DNA of 64,000 nucleotides, from NCBI GenBank assembly GCA_001179505.1, contig CDMY01000013.1, positions 124,001-188,000 on the forward strand, read 5' to 3'. The notes under the pieces are model-generated. The model was not told the DNA's origin, made no database searches, and saw only the letters and a program-made list of their open reading frames with translations. Shown piece by piece: positions 23,555 to 34,559 of the stretch (the stretch's first letter is position 1; every line of letters starts with the position of its first letter). The translations under genes were made by a program, and so were the position numbers. This DNA comes from Vitrella brassicaformis CCMP3155. Lineage: Eukaryota; Protista; Chromerida.

Positions 23555-26500
23555 TCAGTCGGCCATCGGCAGAACCCCATTGCTCTTGAGCTGCTGCGAT
23601 GCTTGCTGCCTGTTGCGGGCAGTCACCTGTGCGCCCCACCGACAGTGAACCTGACGCACACACCAACACCAAACAGGTCCAAGATAGATGGGTATTGATT
23701 GGGTGGATTTGCCCACCTGGTCAGTGGCCCGCACAGCGCTCCGCCATGCACCAGTGGCCGTCTGGAAGCCCCGCGGCTCAGTAGCATCGCCGGCGAAGAA
23801 GAGGCGGCCGTCGAAGGACGCCTCGGGCTCTGCCAGGGCACGCACGTCGGCAAAGCTGCTGCCTTCACGCAGATAGGGGTAGCTGCCTGCAGGCACCACC
23901 CACCATAACAACACACACACCGCATAGCATACGTGGAAGGCATGTGTGTGTCGCCAGGCGTATGTGTGTGTGTGTGTTGGCCTTTGTACCCTGTGCGAAT
24001 GGGTCTTGTTTCCATCTGGTGATGTGGTACCCCACCAGCCAGTGTCTACGCATCCGCTCGACGGCCGCCCACTCCTCCCGCCCCCTGGCGTCCTCGTTCC
24101 TCTCCCACTCGCGCCACGTCGCCCACTTGTTGTCCTCCGCCTCGCCCGGCAGCTCCCGCATCCCCGGCCAGTCGATGTCGCCGATATCTGCGGCCGCCCC
24201 CAAGACATCGTCCTCCATCTGCGCTGCCGCATTGCTGTTGGCCGTGGCGACGGCGGCTGCATCGGGGGTCTTGCTGCGGTTCTTGTTGCGTGTCTTCTTC
24301 TTGCGTTTTTCGATCTCTGCTCGCTGTCTGTCTGGGTCGAGGATGGCCGGGATGGGTGGGGCGGGGAGGGAGAGGAGGGCGTGTATGCGGGGCTTGAACA
24401 TCTTATAAAGGCACGTGAGGATGTCGGTCAGCACCTGCTCGTCGGGCTGGGTCGGGAGGGTCTCGGTCGAGTAGGGCGGGTACAGGTGCGCAACCAACAC
24501 GCCGTGCTTGCCTGCACACACAACACAATACAATACAACATATGACGGACGGCATCTGTGTGTGGGGGTCTGTCTGTCGGTCTGAATGATGAGAGTAGGT
24601 GAGGTGCCTCCAAACGAACCGTATGCGTGCATGTTTGTGAACTGGAATCGTGGGTCGGTGGTGTTGATCTGGGAGGTGGTCGACGGCCAGAAGATGTGGT
24701 GCGCCCCGCCGCCCTTGTCACACGCGAAACGCAAAACAACCTTCTCGTGACAGCCCATACCAAGATGACCAATCGCCCTTTTAGAACAAACAAACGAAAC
24801 ACACACACACACACAGTGTGTATCCACCCAGACAGACACAGCTACGACACTGACCTCTGTTTGTCCTGCGAGAGTGGTGGTTGGAAGTCGACGGCAGCCC
24901 CCTGGCTGCCTTGCAGCACCCCGACGGGAACGGTGCACACCACACCCCGGCTGCGATACTCAAAGCCCTCGCGCGTCGTCACCTCACAGTGCACGCCACC
25001 ACTCGCCGCACCGGACGTCCGCAACGTCACACGACTCACAGTCTGCATGGGCACATCACATACACACACACAGAGAGATGTGCCCATGTAATTTGCATGT
25101 CGTGCCGTGCCTTGGCGTGTTTGTGGGTGGCTGCTTACCCGGTTGCAGTGGATGTATGGTTTGACGGTGTCGAATCGCTGCTCGATGAATGGTGTGAGTC
25201 CACTGACGGCCAGGCGGCAGGGCATGTCGTCGGTCAAGAGGCCGCCCTTGATGCGCTGGCGGCTGCTCGTGATCTTGTCCAGGTCACGCATCCGCCGATC
25301 CAAGTTCTGACGACGCCTGCAGTGCAGAGGGGCCAGAAACATAGCGACACGGCTGACTCCATTAACGTTCCCCCTGTCCAGTCCCCGCATCTCAAGGTTC
25401 CTCACCTCTCGACAGCGTCTCGGAGTCCGGCTGCATAAGGGTCGTCAGCGCTGCGTGGTGCGAGTGGCTGCTGGGGCAGGTAGTCGTCATCGATGGCGCG
25501 GTACCGCTCGTGGGACTCGAGCATCAGATCTCCCAGGCCAGGGTCGAACCACGACGCATGCTGAGGGAGGGACCATGGATGGATGGCAGAGACGTACACA
25601 GAGACGTACACATCACATATATTATGGGCGAATGTGTGTGTGTGTGGAGGGACTGGACTGACCTCTGTGGCGAGGGACTGCTGGTCGAGCGTGGCGCAGG
25701 TGCCCCACCACCGCATCCTGATCTTGTCCAACACAGCTGAACCAACAGCACAGACAGATGTCACTGTGGCTGTGTCCCCATTGCCTGTCACCTTGTCTGT
25801 CTCTCGTGTCAGTCACCTTTCTGTATGTCAGTGAGGCCATCGATCCCTAACCGCTCCAACACCACCATCAACGCATCCTCGTACGCACCAGACAGCGGCT
25901 GACACAACACAACACAACCACCATGCAAATCAAGTGGACCGACCACTCTATCCATCCATCCATCCAGGTCTCTCTCTCTCCCCATCGCCCATTGCCCCAC
26001 TCACGATGCTGGCAGCGCCGGTCTCGCGCATCCTCTGCTTGTACATGTGTAATGGCGAGTCGATGTGCCGCCCCTCCACCAGCACCAGCTTGCCCAGGCC
26101 GTCGTGCTCACGCCGCTCCCACACAGGGGGGTCCTCGCGGCATCTCGACAGGTCGGTGGTGGACGTGGGCAGCTGATGAAGGGGGGGATGGGTGATATGT
26201 GAGTTGGCCGATCAGTGGCTCGCGTGTGCGTGTGCGTGTGTGTGGGTGGTTACCATGTCGTCTCTGTGCAGGTCTTCAGCCCACTCGTGCAGCTCGGCGG
26301 CGACTTTCTGCAAGCGAATAGGGAACACACAGTGAGACTCCCATATGCGGGTGGGTGCGTGGCCTGCGCGTGTATCCCGCACCTCTGCAATGATGCTCAT
26401 TTTGACGTTTGTTGAGAAGGGCAGAGCGACGTTGTACTTGGTGTCGTAGTAGCGACAGTAGTCCGTCGGCTCGTTGTAGCCATTACCTACAACACACACA

Positions 26501-29500
26501 CAGACACACAGACACACAGACACAGAAAGAGAGAGAGAGAGAGAGAGACAACGACCGCAAGTGCTGCTTTTGCCACCGCGGTATATATCGTTTTCCATCC
26601 ATGGTGGTGTCTGCCCTTACTTACCGGCGATGAAGCCGAACTGCATTCGATGCTCGAGGGCCTCACTGCAAGCAACGAGCCGGAACAGGCCCCATGGTGG
26701 TTCATTCTCCTCTCTCTCTGCGTGTCTGCGCGTCTTACGTGTAAAGTGGGTTGTCTCTGTTAGCCTCGTAGATGTAGTCGGCGCCGACCTCGACTGTTCG
26801 CTCCTCGTCATCGGCAGCGCCGCCCTTCTTGCCGCCGCCCTCGAGCCTCACATGGCTGATGCGACCACCCATCCTGCAATACGCACAGACAGACAGACAT
26901 GTGTGACATCACCATGGCCGCGTGTCTCAGTGTGTTGGCCTACCTGTCGCGTGCTTCGAGGATGATGACTTTGAATCCCTTCTTGACCAGCCTCTTGGCG
27001 CACAGCAGCCCCGCAATACCCGCACCGATCACAATCACGTCAAACTGCACACGTCGCGTGACATCACCACACGCACACGCACACACACACCTGCTGGCTA
27101 TTCATTCCTCCCTCCCTCCGTCCGTCCCAGCTTTCTTACTGACCGCGTTGGTGTCCCTGTCCATGTAACTGTCCCACACCTCGCCGCCCAGCAGCCCCTC
27201 AGACATCGGGAGGGAGGGCTTGGGCACGTGGGGGCCGCCGCCCTTGAGGTACTTGATGAACCGGCGCGCACCTTGGTGGCCCAGCCAGCGGATCGCCTCC
27301 TCGTCCCACCTACAATCGACGACCATAGACAACGAGTGCTGTCTCTGTGTGTGTGTGTGTGTGTGTGTGTGCTCCGAACCGCATGGCGGCCTTGTCGAAG
27401 GAAGGGTATTCGCCCAGCAGCCGCTCTTTGCCGTTGAGGTGGAAGCGGGGGACGTACATGTTGCTGGTTGGGTCGAAGGTGATCCTCTGGGCATAGTGGT
27501 AGGCGGCAGAGGGACCCACCACTGACTCCCACGACCGACGCAGCAACTCATCTGCACAACACACACATATACACAACACACACAATTCCGTTGCCAGCGT
27601 TGTCCCGTTTTAATCACTCCTACCCTCTCTCGCTCACCATCGTGTGGGATGGCGTCCGCCCTGTTGCCCTTTTCGCGGTGCATGCCCATGGCCTCCTCAA
27701 CCGCCTTCTCCCGCCCGTACCAGAAGCCATACTTCCTGGCGCTGAGCCCCGAGACCTTGTAGTTGGTCCGCACCTCCCAGCACTTGCCCTCGTACTTGAC
27801 GGTGAACTTGCCCCCGTATTCAACCGACGGCAGCACCGGCAGCGACCCGCCCAGCTCGTCCCAGCGGTCGGCCGGCGGGTCCTCCGTGTAGCACTTGCCG
27901 ATCTCCTGCGGGCAGAAGTTGCCGTAGTGCGCGGCTGTCAGGGACCTGGCCACTCGGGTGGGCACGCTCTGGGAGGAACGCTCACGCGGAGGGAAGGGGA
28001 GCGGGGGCGACGGGAGGTCGATGTGGAGCTGTTTGGATCGCACCCGGGGCCTCTCCTCGCCCACGGCGGCCATCTCCACATCAGCAACACCCTTCTTGCC
28101 TGCTTTTGCACGAGCCGGCAAGGCCTCGCTGAGGGGCATGTTGTCGTCTGGGGAGCTGGGGGCGCGGAAGAGGTCGGTGAAAATGGGGTTGATGCCCGCG
28201 TCGGCGAATGGCGTGTCTCCGCCTCCGAGCCCGGGCGGCGCCGCAGCCTTCTTGGCCTTGCTCTTGGTCTTCTTGGGTTCGCTCTTGCCCTCTGCGGCCT
28301 TCTTCCTCGAGGCAGGTGCCCTCTTGGCAGCGCCCCCGGCCTTCTCGTGGCACCAGGTGGGGACGGGGATGTCAAGGGGGTTGATGGCTCCGGTGCGGAT
28401 GGCGTTGAGTCGGTCCTCGACGACCTGCCGGACGTTCTTGAGGTGGTCGATAGCGAACTGCCTGGCGCGGAGGTAGCCGTACTTGCGGGCGGCGAAGCCC
28501 TTCATGCGGCTGAGCTGTCTGCTGGTATCGGGGTCGATCGGGGGAGGGTACTCACAGTCAACTGAATCATCGATGGATGGATGACACAGTCAGTCAAATA
28601 TGAGGACACGTAGACGCGCATCTGTATGGTAAGGTATGTGTGATGTATGTCAGTCAGTTTGCTCACTGAATGCCTTCTTCCAGTAGACGCTGTCGATGAC
28701 GGCCACCCATGAGGTGTCCCGCACGTTCCACCGGATGCCCACCACCTTGAGGGCGCCACTCTGCGCCACCAGATCCCACGCGTCCGGGTGAATGTCCATG
28801 TACTTGATCACTAGCGTCGGGTCGTTCGCACGAGCAGCTACACACACCACACCCACCCAACAGGAAAAAATCAACAGAGGTAAGTTAGTTAGTGAGATGT
28901 CAATCCATGTGCTGGGCGTGTGTTGGCTGGGCTGGGTACCAAGATCTTTGGATTTGCTCTGCGACGCCTCGATGGCCAGCTCACGCGCCTTGAGGAAGCC
29001 GAAGCGTCTGGCATGGAACTCTCTGGCGTGTCGTGGCCGGCCGGCGTATCGGTAGGCGCACCACACCATCCGCCATGGATGCCACTTCACCTTGGGCAGC
29101 TCGGGCAGCTTCTCGGCCGCCTCGTCCCATGCGGACGGGTGAAGGTCGATCTCGGGCACTGACGACCACACCAACAGATGAGCAGATAATAGGAGTACAT
29201 TTCTTTGGTACATCCATGCGATCGGTGCGGTGCGCACCCACCAGCGTCCGAGAAGTCTTCAACCGGTGAGGTGGGGCTGGCCAGGTCTTCACTGCCCTCA
29301 TTGGACACCGTCCTGCCAAACCCACCAGCGCCCTTCTTGCCAGCGGCACTCTTCCTCTTGGCCGATGGTGGGGCGGACGACAGGCCGCCCCTGCTGCCGC
29401 CCCTCTTGCTGCCGTTGCCGTTCCTCCTCTGGCGTGCGAGGGCGGGGTCGCTGCCGCTCTCGGATGGAATCTCCTCCATGTGCTCATCCTCATCTGACCA

Positions 29501-30300
29501 GCCGTACCGCTGGCCGGTGATGGGCTTGAGGCGCATACGCTTGGCCGGCAGCGAACCCATACCCTCCTCTATACCTGATCAATGAATGCACGACGGAATG
29601 ATGGTCATAACATAATGCCATCCAATGTGGCCCAAATGCACTCCCCTCCATGACCTTGGTGGCCGACTGACTGACCTTCATTGTCGTCTTGGTCTTCGCT
29701 CTCCTCGTCCTCCATTCTCCCGCCGACAGTCGCCAAGTCCTCCAGCACCCGACCGCCACGACCCGAGCCGTTTCGAGCCCTCTTCTTGCTCGACGCCCCC
29801 GCAGCCGAGGCAGCCCGGCCGCCTCGACCCCGCCCTCCCCTCCCACCCCTCTTGGGAGCCGGAGGTCGAGGGGCCATGCCTCTGGCAACCGCGCCTGCAT
29901 CCCAGAAGGGCATAGGGCGCGACGGCAGGCCTCCCACCATCGGATGGGAGGGCGGACGAGGCAGCCTTGGGTCGGGCAGGAAGCGGGGATGCGTCACAAG
30001 GAGAGGTGGGAAGGGGAACGGCGCTCGGAGAGAGGGCGCACGAAGGGGCTGCTGGCCGGTGACCGGCGGCCATCGCATTTGGAAGAGAGGTCCCGGCAGC
30101 GGATGTTGGGTGGGCACAGTTGCACCCCGCCCTGCGGCCTGGCCAGCCTGTTGCTGCTGCTGTGATGACTCGGGCGGTGAGCCAGGGAGGCGGAATTGAA
30201 GCAGCTGTGGCAGGGGCGGTAGGCTGGGAGCTCGCGGGCGTGTAGGACTGGTGCTGCTTGCCGCAGCCGCAAAGGTAGGACTGGACTGCGATGGCTGCAT
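23555..30300 (-). CDS. Four AP2-like domains fused to a C-terminal flavin-containing amine oxidase (LSD1/polyamine-oxidase-like), ~20 exons
   Basis: Exons 30300-29676, ~29575-29245, 29158-28940, 28837-28667, 28561-27638, 27551-27380, 27309-27144 and 27044-26944 splice in one frame from a P/Q/RGG-rich N-terminus through four AP2-like units into [38 protein letters not shown]. Later exons give [54 protein letters not shown] and [27 protein letters not shown]. One mid-oxidase junction (~26170-26010) is ambiguous. Confidence 0.85.
23725..27044 (-). other. Flavin amine oxidase domain (Amino_oxidase, PF01593-like) of the fusion protein
   Basis: GxGxxG plus EARDRxGGR FAD-binding motifs, the GxGxxxKVxLxF motif, WxxDPFxxGSY and LFFAG[E/D]AT...TxxGA. 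Confidence 0.9.
27270..27551 (-). other. AP2-like domain 4 (plant ERF / HNH-AP2-like C-terminal signature)
   Basis: [38 protein letters not shown]|[10 protein letters not shown] across the 27380/27309 splice matches xLGxFxTxEEAAxAYDxAA. Confidence 0.7.
27680..27890 (-). other. AP2-like domain 3 (divergent ApiAP2 type)
   Basis: [65 protein letters not shown]. Confidence 0.55.
28437..28837 (-). other. AP2-like domain 2 (ApiAP2 type, with insertion)
   Basis: MDIHPDAWD...[26 protein letters not shown]-(insert)[21 protein letters not shown]. Confidence 0.7.
28940..29158 (-). other. AP2-like domain 1 (ApiAP2 type)
   Basis: [45 protein letters not shown] matches the ApiAP2 pattern (V-x-[WF]...W-x-A...F-x-x-x-[KR]-[YF]-G-x-x-x-A-R-x-x-A-I). 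Confidence 0.8.
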
Positions 30301-30689
30301 CCGTCGCCTCGTCGGTAGGGTAGATTCACTCACCCAAGATGAATAACTCGACCTGTGGATGCTCCTGCTCGCCTAAACGCCTCTGACTGCCGCGCCTCAG
30401 AGGCAATCGGCGGCCTTTCCGGTCGCGAGTCTCTCTGGCAGCAAGATCGTCAGGCACCGCAGGAGCGGACAGCGCTCAAGCTAGGCATCTCCAGCATCAT
30501 CTCGGGAACGCGCACTGTCCGTCTGCTTGTCCAAGAAGAACTGCAGCTCGCACTTCCCCCAGCGGTTTCAGCTCGCACTTCAATGACAACGAAGGAGAAG
30601 CCTACGAGGAGGCAGAAGGATGCACGTGGCGCTTAGCTGCACGTTTCCAAAGAGATCTTCGCAGAATCGTAGGAGATCAAGTAGCCTGA

Positions 30690-33089
30690 ATGGTTGGCGA
30701 TGAATCAGCTGCTATGAGGAGCCATTCATCAAGCGGCGGCGAGCATATTCATCGGCCAGCACGCCTTCCGCCACTCTGTCGGCGCCGCCCGCCTTCTTCA
30801 GCATGTCCATGTGGCTACACACGCGTCGAGGATACGAGCGGGTGGACGTGTTCTGCATCATCCATCTTGCCCTTTGTTGGGAGCACCAGGCGCCAGCGCC
30901 TTTGCCCTCTGTCCCTTCTATTCGCCCTCCTGCCCTGGCTCTTCTTTTTCAGTGCTTCCAGCTTCACCCCGCCAACCCGTCTCTACTCACGGCACAATGT
31001 CAGGCCACACCATGCCCACGTCAACGGTCCACCTGATCGGCCTCACGCTGCGACATCTCCAACGCTCCCACCGGTGCGGCAGCGGCTGACGAGTCATGAC
31101 GTGTGCGACTATCTTTTCCTGGTGCCGGGGGGGCTAGAGGGCGTGGCAGCCGACTACATATCGTCACGGCTCGGTGTGCCTCGAGAGGCGATAGTGATCT
31201 TGCCGAGGGAAGATAGTGGGTGGGCTGGTGGCGGCAAGCTGGTGGTGTCGGTGAATGCGGCACAGGTGTCTATCGACAGGCTCAGGGCGCTCGGCCTCAC
31301 CCCGCTGTACGCCTACGTCCTGGCGACCAGCGGTGTCCCGATCCGCGACAGGCGGCACGCCAGCCACCAGATTCAGCGGGTGCTGCATGAAGCCGTGCCT
31401 GCGATGGAGAAGGCCCTCGTCACATGGGCAGAGTGGCAGGGAGCCGTGCAGGGCGACCAGACCGTGTGGGAACGGATACGCGACCGGTCACTCAAGATGA
31501 GGGGGTGCTGCGTGCGCAGCGGGAGGCACAAGTATGACGCCATGGCCGTCATCCGTATGATGAACCGGGCTTTGGCCAATGAGGGGTGGAGCGTGGAATT
31601 GCACGACGCCGAGTGCACCCTCGTGGGCTTCCTCGACGGCAGCCGACTCACGATCGCCATCCCCTTTGCCCCGATGTCCTCCTCACCGTCCTCTTTGCGG
31701 CGGGAGGAAGTGCCTTATCGGGTGGGTATGTGTGCTGTGCATGTCAGAAGCAAGGCAACCATCCTCAGCCCGTCAGTTGTTTCTTCGTTGATGCGTGTGT
31801 GCGGATGGATCCTCAGGCCGTGTCGATGCATTTCCAGTTCCACGATCTGCATCGCTCGCTAGCCGTGCTCATGGCCCATCTGGCGCTCGACGGCGTGCGG
31901 TCGGGTGCTGTCGTGATGGACCCCGTGAGCAGCTCGGGGACCCTGGCCATCGAAGCCGCTGCCATGGCGCCCAACGTGACAGTGCTGTGCTCCCATCCAA
32001 GGCCCATGGGCAGTGTGCTCACCAGGGCAAACTCTCTCAAGGCCAAACGAATGGGACACTTCAGGTCAGCCTGCCTGCCCGATGCGGTCGGTCGGTACCT
32101 TCTGTCTGATAGCGATACTCTTCCTTCCTGATGTGTGTGTCTTTATTCTCCATCCATCCGTTGATGCCTGCAGTGAGGGGAGCCGTGTGGAGGTGGTGGG
32201 TGCGTTCCCTCCCGTCCCCCTCCCGCCCCACCTGCTGGACGCCATCGTCATGTGCCTCGCCCCATCCGAAGAGAGCGAGGAGTTCCGGCACGCTGGAGAC
32301 GCCATCGGCTTCCTCGCCGACTTCTGCAGCAGGGAGGCCATCAGGCTACTCCGGCCCGGTGGGCGGCTCGTGTGCGCGCTTCGAGACTGCCGCAACCCCT
32401 ACCCCGTGCTGTCAGCCCTCAACGTCACGGCGGCCGACCGCATCACAGTCACAGAGGGGCCGGCAATCGTGCGTCCAAGGCCCACCACACTTCCTTCTTG
32501 TCGTCAGCAGCCATCTGTTGGTGTATCGCAGCGGCCCTTTCCTTCTTCAGTGCGCCGGCAGCCTGGCTGGGGCGGCGGGGGTGTAGTGGGCAGTGGAGGA
32601 CTGCTCAGAGACACGGGGCTATCCCGGCGGCCGACAGTGGTGGCTGCATCGCCAGACAACGATGGCCTCGAGCACCACTCGGTGCTCGACTCGCAGATGC
32701 AGCAGCACGGAGAGGGAGGGGGAGAGGGGGGCGACATGTGGGCGTCGGCGACGGTGTATCGCGTCTTGTGTCGCAACGACCGGTATCGGCTGTTCGTGCT
32801 GACCAAGCGGGGTGGCCATGATGAAGCAGACAGGACCGAGGAGGAGGATGGCTCGGCCAGCCGGCGCACGGAGCTGTCGAGGCTGCTGGAATCGATCATC
32901 GACGGGCGATGGGCCGACGCCCCCGAGCTTGAAGACAATGACCATGGACATGATGATGACGAGGATGCTTCCGATGCAGCTGAGGATGGACGTGTGTCTG
33001 CGCTGCCCATGCGTGCCCTGCATCGTTGGCCGGTGCGCAGGAGGCTGAGGACGGCATTTGACCAGGGATGGCAGGCGGTGAGACAATGA
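30690..33089 (+). CDS. THUMP domain plus UPF0020-type (THUMPD2/3, Trm14/RlmL-like) RNA methyltransferase-like protein with degenerate motifs; start codon uncertain
   Basis: DYLFLVPGGLEGVAADYISSRLG (N-terminal domain), LKMRGCCVRSGRHKY...GWSVELHDAECTLVGFLDGSRLTIAIPF (THUMP), LHRSLAVLMAHLA...VVMDPVSSSGTLAIEAA (SAM motif I region), RLLRPGGRLV. Stop at 33089. Confidence 0.7.
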
Positions 33090-33266
33090 GGGAGTCAGAG
33101 AGGGAGGGATGGAGGGGGGAGGGGCTGTCTGCGAATGAAGTGCATACGTGAAGAGAGAGACACGAACCAGAGGAGCGAGGGAGGGAGGGAAAGGTACGCC
33201 GGACGGACATTTTTGGGGATTCACTCGGACATCAGATCTGTGACTGAAGGGGGGGGGGGGGGGGGG

Positions 33267-33566
33267 NNNNNNNNNNNNNNNNNNNNNNNNNNNNNNNNNN
33301 NNNNNNNNNNNNNNNNNNNNNNNNNNNNNNNNNNNNNNNNNNNNNNNNNNNNNNNNNNNNNNNNNNNNNNNNNNNNNNNNNNNNNNNNNNNNNNNNNNNN
33401 NNNNNNNNNNNNNNNNNNNNNNNNNNNNNNNNNNNNNNNNNNNNNNNNNNNNNNNNNNNNNNNNNNNNNNNNNNNNNNNNNNNNNNNNNNNNNNNNNNNN
33501 NNNNNNNNNNNNNNNNNNNNNNNNNNNNNNNNNNNNNNNNNNNNNNNNNNNNNNNNNNNNNNNNNN
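33267..33566. other. Assembly gap (300 N) preceded by poly-G
   Basis: About 18 G, then an N run. Confidence 0.99.
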
Positions 33567-34559
33567 GGGCGTTGGTTTTTCTCTTGAGTGAATCTGAGGG
33601 GGTGAGCCCCTGGGGATCACACGGATCGCTCCTCGTTAGTTAACAGACCCGACCTAACTGTCTCCAACTCATTCGTCGCATGTGGGAAATTTCTTTCATT
33701 CAGAGCGCCTAGGCAAAAGGTCCGACCGTCATATCACTGTCCGTGTGAAGTCTTATCAGCTCATGCTCTCACCATGCACCATTTGCGATGAGAACACATC
33801 AAAGCTCATGCATGCATTGCATCAATCAACACGTGCGCACATGCCATGGATGCAGACAGACATACATGTCCCTTTCACCCGCAAGAATGTGTGTGTGTGC
33901 TCGTTTGTTTATCTACAAAGGCAGGCAGGCAGGCAGGCAAACTGGCAGGCCGGGGGCTGGAGGAGGGGAGGGGCCAATGCTCCTAGTGAGCGAGTCAAAA
34001 CTAGCCAGATAGATACATGAACGTTCATGTGAGGAAGGATGCTATGCTACACGGCCGCCTCCATCCATCCATCCATCTCCATCTCTCTCTTCGGGTGTCT
34101 GTCGATAAGTCGTCCATCTCTCTCTCTCTCTCTCTGTATCTACACGTGTGGCTACATCGTCTGACTGCCTGTTCCCTGCATCCATCCATCCCTGCCTGCC
34201 TGCCTGCCTGATCCGATCCATCGTCAGTCAGTCAGTCAGTGTGTCTGGCTTTCGTGTGGTACGGTACAGCATCGCCGATCGTTCCGCCCGCCACGTGTGT
34301 GGCTGCTCCAGCACCAAGACCCTCGTGCATCCGACGGTATCCGAAGGCCATGAGAGAATGGCCGTCAGATAGCATCGACAGCACCGAGTGTAGACGCTGG
34401 AGCAAGCCACACACTGTCGTAGCCAGCAGGCCAGCCAATTGAGCTAATCAATCTACACCCTCCATGAAATAGTCAGAACCATCCCGCCCCGCCGCACCCA
34501 TGGCATGCCCGTGTGTATGCATCTGCTGCTACCTGCTACAAGGCCATCTGGGATGCGGC

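Noticed and set aside
15951-33089. Functional gene cluster (dioxygenase, amine oxidase, methyltransferase-like) resembling a modification or biosynthetic pathway
   Set aside because: Mixed orientations, unrelated interspersed genes and typical eukaryotic housekeeping neighbours; no sequence evidence of co-regulation beyond the head-to-head pairs.
33249-33780. Poly-G plus downstream unique sequence as an LTR polypurine tract or element end (also poly-G at 14635, 36319 and 51222)
   Set aside because: No LTR pair, TG...CA ends, PBS or gag/pol sequence. Poly-G next to gaps is better explained as a sequencing-dropout site.
33806-33816. TGCATGCA, a known apicomplexan AP2-binding motif
   Set aside because: (CATG)/(TGCA)-type repeats are common throughout introns here, so enrichment cannot be claimed, and this copy is between convergent 3' ends.
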